Shown: in pieces, positions 11,945 through 23,900 of the stretch
Position numbering within the stretch: the stretch's first letter is position 1
Layout of the letters: each line of letters starts with the position of its first letter
Assembly (NCBI GenBank): GCA_004431415.1
Contig: QPMI01000453.1
Location: forward strand, 186,001 to 250,000
Origin: Cyanophora paradoxa CCMP329
Lineage: Eukaryota > Plantae > Glaucophyta
Direction: 5' to 3'
Length of the DNA stretch: 64,000 bases
Program-made: the position numbers and the translations under genes
The notes under the pieces: model-generated
The model's database searches: none
What the model was told of the DNA's origin: nothing
The model's input: the letters and a program-made list of their open reading frames with translations, nothing else

Positions 11945-12903
11945 CACTACTCTCGCCGCGCATGCGCAGCTGCAGATCGATATATAGTCTCGCCGCGAGC
12001 TACATGTACAGATCCGGACCGCATTAGCGCAGCTGATCGTGCATACTCTCGGTCTTAAGCTTTAATTTCGGTGTCCTCTGGCTGTCGTTTTAATTATATA
12101 TCTAGCTGGAACTTTATATTATATGCATATCATAGTATGGCTTTCATTATTTACTATATCACGGTCAGCTGCAACTAGAGTGGTAGTATTAAGACTGAAC
12201 ATCAATATCGACGTCGAATTTGGGGCGGACTTAAGCATTGATATATCGCGTACTTTTTCTACATACACGTTTTTAGAACCACCGTAGAGCGAAAGATCTA
12301 CCGACTCGGCGAGCTACAGAATGTTACGTTGATATTCAGACTACTGTTGTAATTTAGTAATCACATAATACGTATACCTGGCCAGATTTCGAATTCCGGA
12401 TCCCGACGTATTTTAGCTTGAGGATTGCGAATTCGAATTTCGAATGTCCACTTATAATTATCGGCTTGCAATTGTCTCGTGATCATGATCTGCATATATA
12501 TACGTAGCTGTAGCTATAGTACGTTAGTACATGCATTTTAGCTTCTCGACATGAATTTCAGCTTCGAGAATTCCAAGTTCAGCGCTAGCTCGGCTTCATT
12601 GATAGATGTTTTATAGCTATATAGGTGATAGTTGATGTCATAATGTGGAATTCGGATGCAGGATTGCAGTTGCAGGATTGAATTCGCCCATTGGCATGGT
12701 CTGACTTGCATGCGCAAATGCATGCGCATGCATATGCATATATATGTGCTGCAACGAATTCGAACGCGCGGTTTGTAGCCGGTTGTGTTGGCCGGTTATC
12801 GCAGGGAAGCGCTGGCGTTGCGCATATATATATATATGCATAGCGGTGCGGATGAATTCAAAACGGAAGCCGTGCGGAAGCCGTGCGGCAGTTTGGATCA
12901 TGC

Positions 12904-14676
12904 TCAGGGGGGCTGGGCGAGCAGGCGGGGCGGGGGCGGGGTGGGGGAGAGCCCGGCGCCGGCGCCTCCCAGGAGGGCGGGGGGTACGAGCCCGTCCGCC
13001 TGCGCCTCGTCGGCGCGCTCCGAGTACCGGAGCGTGTCCATCGCGGAAACGAAGTCGCCTGTACCCGGGCCAGCCGAGCGGAGGCGCCGAACCTGTACCC
13101 CAGCAACACCGCCCGGCGCCCGAGGCACGTCATGATCAGGGTGAAAGTAGTTAAATCAAATGAAAGGAAATATAGAGCACAGGCGGGCTCGAGGGCGCCG
13201 GGGCGAGAGCGGTGGATCTAGAGAGGGGGAGAGCCCTGTAGCCCTTGCTAGCTATTTATAGCCGGCCGTACCCATCGCCTCCGCCGCGCCTGCGGGGGAC
13301 CTAGAACTAAACGGGGTACCGGAATACCCCGCCCTGCTCCGTCCGAGCCGGAGGGCCGGAGGCCTAGGGCAGGGACGGACCTGGAGGCAGGCGGGGCGCG
13401 GGGCCGGGTGCCGGGCCTCCCGGGCCCGCCGCTCCCCCTCCGGCTCCAGCGGCCGCTGCAGCGGACCTGGAGGCAGGCGGGGCGCGGGGCGGGGTGCCGG
13501 GCCTCCCGGGCCCGCCGCTCCCCCTCCGGCTCCAGCGGCCGCTGCAGCGGACCTGGAGGCAGGCGGGGCGCGGGGCGGGGTGCCGGGCCTCCCGGGCCCG
13601 CCGCTCCCCCTCCGGCTCCAGCAGCCGCTGCAGCTGCGCGAAGTGAAATTAAAGCTTAAAGAGTTATAATCTTATAGGAAATGGCTCTTTAGCGAACAGG
13701 TTCTGATAGGGAATGGCTCTTAAGCGCGCACGAGGGTGTCCTGGGGGTGGAGGGTGGAGGCGGCGAAGCCGGGGCGGGGCCGGCCCCGGAGCAGGGAGAG
13801 CTCGCGCCCGCCCGGCGTGATCATGAGGGCCGCCCGGTACAGGAAGGAGGCACCCAGCGCCTCCGGCGGGCCCGCAGCGACGACCCGGAGCGCTGCGCCC
13901 GCTGCCATTAGCTGTCCGTAATCGAGTGCACGCGCGCGGCATCTTTCGCAAAGCTTGAGCAAACTATTTGTAATCTAGTGAAGTTGAATTGAAGTAGTTT
14001 ATAAATAAATTTGCTAAGGCTAAGCTGAGCTATCAAAATATATAGAAATAAAGCGACATGCATATGTTAATTGAAGTGAAGGGCTCGGCCGGCGCACCGG
14101 CGAAGGGCTTGGCCCACTCGGGGTTGCGGAGCAGGCAGACAACCTGGCGGCAAAGTTCACGTCTAATTATAAGATGATAATGAGGCGCACGCGGGCGAGG
14201 GCGCGCGAGGGCGTGGAGGCGAAACGAGGGCGAGGCTAAGTTCAAGAAGCTAAATTGATAGAAGCTAGATGAAGCTTATATAATTAGGATTTCTTCATAC
14301 GATTCTAAGCTTGAGACGATAAATAGCCGTGTTTAGGCGCACGCGGGGCCCGGCGGCCCCTCGGAGCTCGGGGCCTGATCATGAGGGTCGCAGAGCGGCT
14401 CGCGGCTCGCAGAGCGCGAGGGCGGGCGGGGCCCGGCGGCCCCTTTGGCCTCCGGATCCGCCAGCGACGCCTCCGAGGGCGAGGGCGAGGGCGCGGGCGC
14501 CGGCGCCCTCCCGGTCCGCTCCCTGCATAGAAAGCGCGTCGAGTGAGGGGCAGTGCGGGCGGCGGGCGTGCGGGCGGACGGGGGGCGGGGGCGGGCGGCC
14601 TCGGGGCGGCGGCCAGAGACGAAACGACGGGCGGGCCACCCGGCCCAGGCCGCCCGCCCGCCCGTGTCGCACAGGA
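12904..14676 (-). pseudogene. 5'-truncated copy (X'') of the antiporter 3' exons
   Basis: Contains exons VVCLLRNPEWAKPFA, GPPEALGASFLYRAAL, QRPLEPEGERRAR (x3) and the terminal exon ..MDTLRYSERADE..LLAQPP*. It lacks the transmembrane exons and two internal exons found at ~45590-45697 and ~46310-46445. Confidence 0.75.
13377..13633. repeat. 86-bp tandem repeat, 3 copies
   Basis: Unit ggacctggaggcaggcggggcgcggggcggggtgccgggcctcccgggcccgccgctccccctccggctccagcggccgctgcagc; same unit as 29136-30080. Confidence 0.85.
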
Positions 14677-14947
14677 CTGTCTACTAGCTATAGGGCTAGG
14701 GATAGGATTCTAGGCAGTCCCGAAGTCCTTCCCTAGCAGGTGCGCAACTGCGTAGAAATTAGAGTGCACGTGTACAAATATCAGTGAATATATATTAATT
14801 CGAGTTCCCGATCGTATATCACACAACCACTGAGCCTCAGAGAGCCATTGAAATCTGATACCGAGCTTCGGAATTAAATTGCAATCAGGATGTGCTCGGG
14901 GAATAAATTGATGTATACGCAATGATCACTATACTGCTGTTCTCTGT

Positions 14948-17900
14948 TCACCGCTGCTGCCCCACGGGCTCCCCCCCCTTGGGCCCCGCATCCGGCGCCG
15001 CGGCCCCGCCGGCCTCGAGGGCGCCGAGCTGCAGCAGCAGCCGCCGCAGCCGCGGCTCCAGCGCCGTCCCCGCGTCCACCTGCCGCCCCGGCCCGCCCGC
15101 CTCGCGAGGGCCCCGGCCCGGCCCCGAGCTGCGAGGGGCGACGCACCGCGCGCCGAGCGCCTCGAGGGCCGCCGTGCGAGCGATGCGCCGCGTGCAGCGG
15201 AAGGCCTGCGCCCATACGCCGCGCAGCGCAATCGATGTCGGCGCCCGTGGTCAGCAGGGGCCGCAGGGGCTCCCGGAGACGGCGGCCACGCACGGGGACG
15301 CGCTCGACGGAGAGGCCGCGCGCGGGGCCCGCGGCGGCGACCGCGAGCAGCGACCCCCCGCCCTGCCTCCGCCCGTGAGCGCTGGCGCTCCTCACTCGCG
15401 CTCACAAGGCAGCAGCAGACGAACGCACGGGAAGCGAGCAGACGGCGAATGGGACCCTTTGATTTTGGGGGGTACCGGTTTCAAGCGTGAACTTGGGATC
15501 GCACTCGGCAGGGAGGGGCGCCGGGTCGGTGGGCTCTCCCGAGGGGAGCGCCCACGCCAGCGCGCGGCCCGAGGCCGAGCGCGCGACGATGGCGTCCTGC
15601 GCCGAGCGACCCTGTCAGAGAACACTGTGCCCCGCGCCGCCATCCCCTTGCGCCCCCCTCTGCATGCCTCAGCCTAGCACTGGCTCCCCGCCCTGCGCAC
15701 CACCGAGACCGCCACCGAGGTGACTTCGTCCGTGTGGCCCTGCAGCTGCAGCAGCTCCGCCCCCGTCTCCGCGTCCCACACCCGCACCGATGTGTCGCGG
15801 CTCCCCGACACGATCCGCCGCCCGTCCTGTGCTCCGGACCGATCCGCCGCCACGCCCCGTCGAGTCAGTGCCCCTCCGCCAGGCTCCGACGTCGCCCCGC
15901 TCCCCTCCGGACCCGCCCGCATGCCTCTGGATCTCGGTCCTGGCTCGGGGCCCCGGCCCCGGCCCTTCGCCTCTTTTGCTACCCGCGGGGCGCCCCGCGC
16001 CACCATATATATATATATATATATGCATCCCCTCGCGCTCTCTGCCTGCCTCAGCCTAGCACCGGCTCCCCGCCCTACGCACCGCCGAGACTGCCACCGA
16101 GGTGACGTCGCGAGTGTGGCCCTGCAGCTGCAGCAGCTCCGCCCCCGTCTCCGCGTCCCACACCCGCACAAACTTGTCGTCGCTCCCCGACACGATCCGC
16201 CGCCCGTCCTGCACCCCGCGGCCGCGCCCCGTCTAGTCAGCGCCCCTCCGCCAGGCTCCAACGTCGCCCCGCTCCCCTCCGGACCCGCCCGCATGCCTCT
16301 GGATCTCGCGATCGGTCCTGGCTCGGGGCCCCGGCCCCCGCCCTTCGCCTCTATTGCTACCCGCGGGGCGCCCCGCGCCGCCATCCCCTCGCTCTCTCTG
16401 CCTGCCTCAGCCTAGCACTGGCCCCCCGCCCTGCGCACCACCGAGACCGCCACCGATCGTATTTCGCCCGCGTGGCCCTGCAGATTCAGCAGCTCCACCC
16501 CCGTCTCTGTGTCCCACACCCGCACAGAGTTGTCCCAGCTCCCCGACACGATCCGCCGCCCGTCCTGCGCCCCGCGGCCGCGCCCCGTCGAGTCAGCGCC
16601 CCTCCGCCAGGCTCCGACGTCGCCCCGCTCCCCTCCATAACCGCCCGCATGCCTCTGGATCTCGCGATCGGTCCTGGCTCGGGGCCCCGGCCCCGGCCCT
16701 TCGCCTTTTTTGCTACCCGCGGGGCGCCCCGCGCCGCCATCCCCTCGCACTCTCTGCCTGCCTCAGCCTAGCACTGGCTCCCCGCCCTGCGCACCACCGA
16801 GACCGCCACCGAGTCGACGTAGTGCGTGTGGCCCTGCAGCTGCAGCAGCTCCGCCCCCGTCTCCGCGTCCCACACCCGCACCGATTTGTCGGCGCTCCCC
16901 GACACGATCCGCCGCCCGTCCTGCGCCCCGCCACCGCGCCCCGTCGAGTCAGCGCCCCTCCGCCAGGCTCCAACGTCGCCCTGCTCCCCTCCGGACCCGC
17001 CCGCATGCCTCTGGATCTCGCGATCGGTGCTGGCTCGGGGCCCAGGCACCGGCCTTTCGCCTCTTTTGCTACCCGCAGGGCGCCCCGCGCCGTCATACCC
17101 TTGTGCCCTCTGCCTGCCTCAGCCTAGCACTGGCTCCCCGCCCTGCGCACCGCCGAGACTGCCACCGATCGTATTTCGCCCGTGTGGCCCTGCAGATGCA
17201 GCAGCTCCGCCCCCGTCTCCGCGTCCCACACCCGCACCGAGGTGTCCAAGCTCCCCGACACGATCCGCCGCCCGTCCTGCGCCCCGCGGCCGCGCCCCGT
17301 CGAGTCAGCGCCCCTCCGCCAGGCTCCAACGTCGCCCCGCTCCCCTCCGGACCCGCCCGCATGCCTCTGGATCTCACGATCGGTCCTGGCTCGGGGCCCC
17401 GGCCCTGGCCCTTCGCCTAATTTGCTATAGCAACCCGCGGGACGCCCCGCGCCGCCATACCCTTGCGCCCTCTGCCTGCCTCAGTCTATAGCTAGCACTG
17501 GCTCCCCGCCCTGCGCACCTCCAAGACCGCCACCGAGTAGACGGACTCCGTGTGGCCCTGCAGATGCAGCAGCTCCGCCCCCGTCTCCGCGTCCCACACC
17601 CGCACCGATTTGTCGGCGCTCCCCGACACGATCCGCCGCCCGTCCTGCGCCCCGCGGCCGGGCCCCGTCGAGTCAGCGCCCCTCCGCCAGGCTCCAACGT
17701 CGCCCTGCTCCCCTCCGGACCCGCCCGCATGCCTCTGGATCTCGCGATCGGTCCTGGCTCGGGGCCCCGACCCCGGCCCTTCGCCTCTTTTGCTACCCGC
17801 GGGGCGCCCCACGCCGCCATCCCCTCGCGCTCTCTGCCTGCCTCAGCCTAGCAATGGCTCCCCGCCCTGCGCACCGCCGAGACCGCCACCGAGAAGACGG

Positions 17901-20900
17901 GGTACGTGTGGCCCTGCAGCTGCAGCAGCTCCGCCCCCGTCTCCGCATCCCACACCCGCACCGAGGTATCCCAGCTCCCCGACACGATCCGCCGCCCGTC
18001 CTGCGCCCCACCACCGCGCCCCGTCGAGTCAGCGCCCCTCCGCCAGGCTCCAACGTCGCCCCGCTCCCCTCCGGACCCGCCCGCATGCCTCTGGATATCG
18101 CGATCGGTCCTGGCTCTGGGCCCCGGCCCCGGCCCCTCGCCTTATTTGCTATAAAAACCCGCGGGGCGCCCCGCGCCGCCATACCCTTGAGCGCTCTGCC
18201 TGCCTCAGCCTAGCACTGGCTCCCCGCCCTGCGCACCGCCGAGACCGCCAGCGAGAAGACGGGGTTCGTGTGGCCCTGCAGATGCAGCAGCTCCGCCCCC
18301 GTCTCTGCGTCCCACACCCGCACCGATCTGTCGGCGCTCCCCGACACGATCCGCCGCCCGTCCTGCGCCCCGCGGCCGCGCCCCGTCGAGTCAGCGCCCC
18401 TCCGCCAGGCTCCTACGTCGCCCCACTCCCCTCCGGACCCGCCCGCATGCCTCTGGATCTCGGTGCTGGCTCAGGGCCCCGGCCCCGGCCCTTCGCCTCT
18501 TTTGCTACCCGCGGGGCGCCCCGTGCCGCTATCCCCTCGCGCCCTCTGCCTGCCTCAGCCTAGCACTGGCTCCCCGCCCTGCGCACCGCCGAGACCGCCA
18601 CCGAGTAGATTAAACCCGCGTGGACCTGCAGCTGCAGCAGCTCCGCCCCCGTCTCCGCGTCCCACACCCGCACCGAGGTGTCCAAGCTCCCCGACACGAT
18701 TCGCCGCCCGTCCTGCGCCCCGCGGCCGCGCCCCGTCGAGTCAGCGCCCCTCCGCCAGGCTCCTACGTCGCCCCGCTCCCCTCCGGACCCGCCCGCATGC
18801 CTCTGGATCTCGGTGCTGGCTCAGGGCCCCGCCCCCGGCCCTTCGCCTCTTTTGCTACCCGCAGGGCGCCCCGCGCCGCCATCCCCTCGCGCCCTCTGCC
18901 TGCCTCAGCATATACCTAGCACTGGCTCCCCGCCCTGCGCACCGCCGAGACCGCCACCGAGGTGACGTCGCGAGTGTGGCCCTGCAGATTCAGCAGCTCC
19001 ACCCCCGTCTCCGCGTCCCACACCCGCACCGATCTGTCGTCGCTCCCCGACACGATCCGCCGCCCGTCCTGCGCCCCGCCGCCATGCCCCGTCGAGTCAG
19101 TGCCCCTCCGCCAGGCTCCAACGTCGCCCTGCTCCCCTCCGGACCCGCCCGCATGCCTCTGGATCTCGCGATCGGTCCTGGCTCGGGGCCCCGGCCCCCG
19201 CCCTTCGCCTCTATTGCTACCCGCGGGGCGCCCCGCGCCGCCATCCCCTCGTGCCCTCTGCCTGCCTCAGCCTAGCACTGGCTCCTCGCCCTGCGCACCG
19301 CCGAGACCGCCACCGAGTTGACGTAGTCTTTGTGGCCCTGCAGCTGCAGCAGCTCCGCCCCCGTCTCTGCGTCCCACACCCGCACCGAGGTATCCCAGCT
19401 CCCCGACACGATCCGCCGCCCGTCCTGCGCCCCGCCGACGCGCCCCGTCGCGTCAGCGCCCCTCCGCCAGGCTCCAACGTCGCCCTGCTCCCCTCCGGAC
19501 CCGCCCGCATGCCTCTGGATCTCGCGATCGGTCCTGGCTCGGGGCCCCGGCCCCGGCCCTTCGCCTTATTTGCTATAAAAACCCGCAGGGCGCCCCGCGC
19601 CGCCATCCCCTCGCGCCCTCTGCCTGCCTCAGTCTATAGCTAGCACTGGCTCCCCGCCCTGCGCACCGCCGAGACCGCCACCGAGAAGATGGTTTTCGTG
19701 TGGCCCTGCAGCTGCAGCAGCTCCGCCCCCGTCTCCGCGTCCCACACCCGCACGGATCTGTCGTCGCTCCCCGACACGATCCGCCGCCCGTCCTGCGCCC
19801 CGCCGCGACGCCCCGTCGAGTCAGCGCCCCTCCGCCAGGCTCCTACGTCGCCCCGCTCCCCTCCGGACCCGCCCGCATGCCTCTGGATCTCGGTCATGGC
19901 TCAGGGCCCCGGCCCCGGCCTTTCGCCTCTTTTGCTACCCGCGGGGCGCCCCGCGCCGCCATCCCCTCGCGCTCTCTGCCTGCCTCAGCCTAGCACTGGC
20001 TCCTCGCCCTGCGCACCGCCGAGACCGCCACCGAGGTGACGGGGCCCGTGTGGCCCTGCAGCTGCAGCAGCTCCGCCCCCGTCTCCGCGTCCCACACCCG
20101 CACGGATCTGTCGTCGCTCCCCGACACGATCCGCCGCCCGTCCTGCGCCCCGCCGCCACGCCCCGTCGAGTCAGCGCCCCTCCGCCAGGCTCTGACGTCG
20201 CCCCGCTCCCCTCCGGACCCGCCCGCATGCCTCTGGATCTCGGTCCTGGCTCGGGGCCCCGGCCCCGGCCCTTCGCCTCTATTGCTTCCCGCGGGGCGCC
20301 CCGCGCCGCCATCCCCTCGTGCCCTCTGCCTGCCTCAGCCTGGCACTGGCTCCCCGCCCTGCGCACCGCCGAGACCGCCACCGAGTTGACGTAGCTCGTG
20401 TGGACCTGCAGCTGCAGCAGCTCCGCCCCCGTCTCCGCGTCCCACACCCGCACCGATTTGCTGGCCGACACGATCCGCCGCCCGTCCTGCGCCCGACTCA
20501 GAAACTGGATGCGAGCATCTGAGCATCTGAGCTTTTTCAACAACGAAAGTGCACCGGCAGCCACGCCACGGCGATCACTTGATCGGGATGCATCATTGCG
20601 GGCCACTGCGGGACTCGGCAGCCCTGGAGGCGCGCCCCTCGGAGGTCGGCCCCCGCGAGGCACGCCTCGGCGAGCGAGCAGCCGCGCATGTCGGCCCCCC
20701 GCAGGTCCGCCCCGGCCGCCTCCAGGCGCCACAGGTTCGCCTTCGGGACCCGCACGCCACGCAGGTCCCTCCCCGCCAGCGCGAAGTGCGCTGCACATGT
20801 ACAATGTAAGAAGAATGGAGTAGCCATTCGAAGGGTGCGGCTGCGGCCCACCCGCAACGAGCACTGTCGCGGCGTTGGCGGCCGCGAGGACCGCCGGCGC

Positions 20901-23900
20901 GCCGTCGCCGTCGCCGTTCCCCGCGGCGTGGCGGCTCTGCTCCACGAGGCGCAGCAGCGCGTCCCCGGCTCCCATTGCCGGCTCGTGCTGCACCGCCTCT
21001 GCAAGGAAGCGGACGAGGGTCGCCTCCTCCACGATGCTCCTGCGCCCGCCCGCGTCGGGCGGAGCGTGGACATTAGAACACAACGATGTGCGCAAACCGC
21101 GTGGAGAAGCTTATCGCCACGTCCTCCTCTGCCAACTCCTCGCCCCCACCCGACAGCTGCGGCCACTATAAAAAGGACAGCGGCGCCCTCGACAGACCGC
21201 GAGCCGGCGCACCGAGTCGAGGAGGGCCTCGGCGACGAGGAACTCGCCGAGGGTCTTGTGGAGGAACGCGAAGCCGAGCGCGCCGCCCGCCCGCCACCGC
21301 CGCAGCGGGCAGCTGCGCCCCGCCCCGCCTGCTCGCCCGGGGCGAGCCCGCGCTCTCAAGGTACCGGTCCCGCGCACCTGTTCCGCACGAACAGCGCCGA
21401 GCCGTCGCCGAGCAGCCGCTCGCACGCGAGCTGGTCCGCGTCGGCGGGGCCGCCGGCCTTGGCGGTCCCTCCGCCATCGCCCCCGCGACGGCCGGCGTGC
21501 TTCGGCATGATCACGGCCTGGCTCGCCCCCATCTGCGCCAACACTGCTCAGCAACAGAAGCGGCGCTGTTTGAAAGAGACACCGGCGCGCACGCGGAAGA
21601 GGAGAGCGGCGAATTTCCGGCAGAGGTCGTACCCGGCCTCCAGCAGGGCCCCTTCCTCTGGCCGATCTGGGGCGGGGCGGTCTACACCGGAGGGGCGGGA
21701 GAGAGCACGGAACGGATCGACGTTGCAGGCCCGCACCGCCCTTCTCCGACGACGGCGCGCCCCGCTCCAGCTCCCGCCGCAGCCTGCAGCTGCCCCGTGA
21801 GCGTTGGCCTTGGGCCGCCGAGCAGGGAGCGCGGGGCGCGCGCCAGTCCTCGATGAAGCTGCGGTAGAGCTCGCGGGAGCGCAGGGCCCGCGGCCGCCCC
21901 TCCCTGCGCGCGCCCCCGGCCCCGTCGGCTCGCGGCCGGGCCGGCGGCGGCGGCGGCCCGCGCACCGGCCCGCGCTTTCGGCGGCGCGGGAGGGGAGGAC
22001 GCGGGCGAGGAGGGAGAGGGTGAAGGGGTTCTCGACGAGGGCGGCGAGGCCCGGCGTGCGCCGCAGCTCCTCGGCGTAGCGCTCGAAGGGCCACGCGCCC
22101 TCCTCTCTCCCGTGCAGCAGCACGTACTTGCCCAGGAACTCATCCACCTGCGCGCCGACGTGCACGCGGTCAGGCGCGCGCGCGGCGGGCCGGGCCGGGT
22201 CGGGGCGGGGGTGCCCGCCTGGCCCCGCGAGAAGGGGAGCGTCGCGAGCTGCCGGAGCCGCGCGACGTCGGGCGCGTCGCCGCTGACGACCGGCGCGAAC
22301 AGGTTCTGCGCAGCGCTCAGCGACTTCGATTGCGGAACGGCGCAGTCCGGGCCGACCTCCGGCTTGGCAGTGTCCAGCGAGGCGAGGTACTCGGTGCGGC
22401 AGGAGACGAAGGCGCCGCTCGCCCAGTCCCCGATCTTGTTCGTCTTCCACAGGTTCTCCTTCTCGCCCGTCTGCGCAGGCGGCGCGTGGGCGCGGGGGGG
22501 ACGCGAGGGGAGGGGCGGCGGGCGGGCCTCGTCGTAGCCGTCGAGGAGGAGCACGAGGCCGAAGCGCCGCCGGAGCGCCGGCAGCTCGCCGCTGGGCACG
22601 CCGAGCCGCCCGGCGACGAACTCGCGCAGGCCGCGCCGCGGCCCGCCGGGCTCGCCGACGAGCTCAGGCAGCGGCACGAGCACCGTCGCGGGGCAGTCGG
22701 CCGGCTGCTCGCCCGCGCCCAGAGGCGGCATGCCTCGCGGTGCAGGAAGCGCGTGAAGGTCGTCTTGCTCGTGCCTGCGCGCGACGCGAGCCGCGGCCTC
22801 GGGATCGGGACGCGCTCTGCAGCCCGCCACGCCCCGCCCCGCGCACCGGCGTCGCCGAGCAGCAACAGCACGCGGTGCTTCGCCGAGCGGAAGGCCTCCG
22901 CGCCGCCACCGGCCGCGGCCGCGGGCGCCGGCTGCGGGCCCGGGGCGAACTGGCGGAGGAAGGCGGCGGCCTCGTCGTGGAGGTCGAACTGCTTCTTGGC
23001 GCGGTCGGCGGCCCTGGGCGGCACGTACGCCGCGAGGCCCGTCGCGAGGTCGTCCCCCTCCAGCTCCCCGCGCACGTACTGCCCCGGCGGCCGCCCTCAG
23101 CTCTGCCGGCCGGCCGGTGGGCGCGCGGCGGCCGACCTTCACGAGGGGCCCGAGGAGCGGGTCGTTCGGGATCTCCGCCTCGTGGCTCTGCGCCGCGGCA
23201 GTCGCCGGCGGCCGCGGGCGGCGCGCGCACGGAACGCGGCGCACCAGAGCGACGCTGTCGGTCGCGTCCTTGCCGTGGGCGGCGTCGGCGTCCGCGCCGC
23301 CGGCGATGCGCGCGGCGATCGCCTCGGCGGAGGCGGCGGCAGCGTCGGCGTCCTGCTCGAGGGCGCAGCGCGGGAAGCGGCGCAGGCGCATCGCCAGCGC
23401 CGCGGAGGCGCTCCTCGCCACGGCCTCGCCGTCCTGCGGCGCCGGCCCGCCGGCGGCCGGTCAGGTCCGAAGCGCGTGGGGCCGAAAGCCTCGGGCGGGG
23501 CGGGGGCGCGCCTCGAGATAGCAGACGACGATGCGCCGCTCGAGGTCGTACGCGTACGCGAACTCCTCTGCGGCGGCCCGTCGGCGCGCGGCGGCGGCGC
23601 CGGCGGCGGCGCCGGCGGGGCGGCGGCGGAGGGCGGAGGGCGCACCGCCGCAGTACTGAGAGGCGACGGACTTGGCCGACGCGAAGAAGACGAGGTGCGT
23701 GCAGTTGCGCACGGCCCGCGCCACTGCGGCCCCGGCCTCAGCGGCGGGCAGAGTTGATAGGGGGGGTGTAGGGGAGGGGGGAGGGGGGGGATGTAGAGGG
23801 AGAGGGCCGCGTGGGGGGGGGGGGGGGGGGGGGTAAGGAGAGGGGAAACAGAGCCCTTGGGCGGGCGGGGGAGAAGAGAAGGGAAAGAGGGGGCGAGCAC

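Noticed and set aside
15660-20490. CRISPR-like array (constant repeats with short variable segments)
   Set aside because: Units are ~355 bp, and the variable parts are single codons within spliceable WD40 exons. There are no cas genes and the context is eukaryotic.
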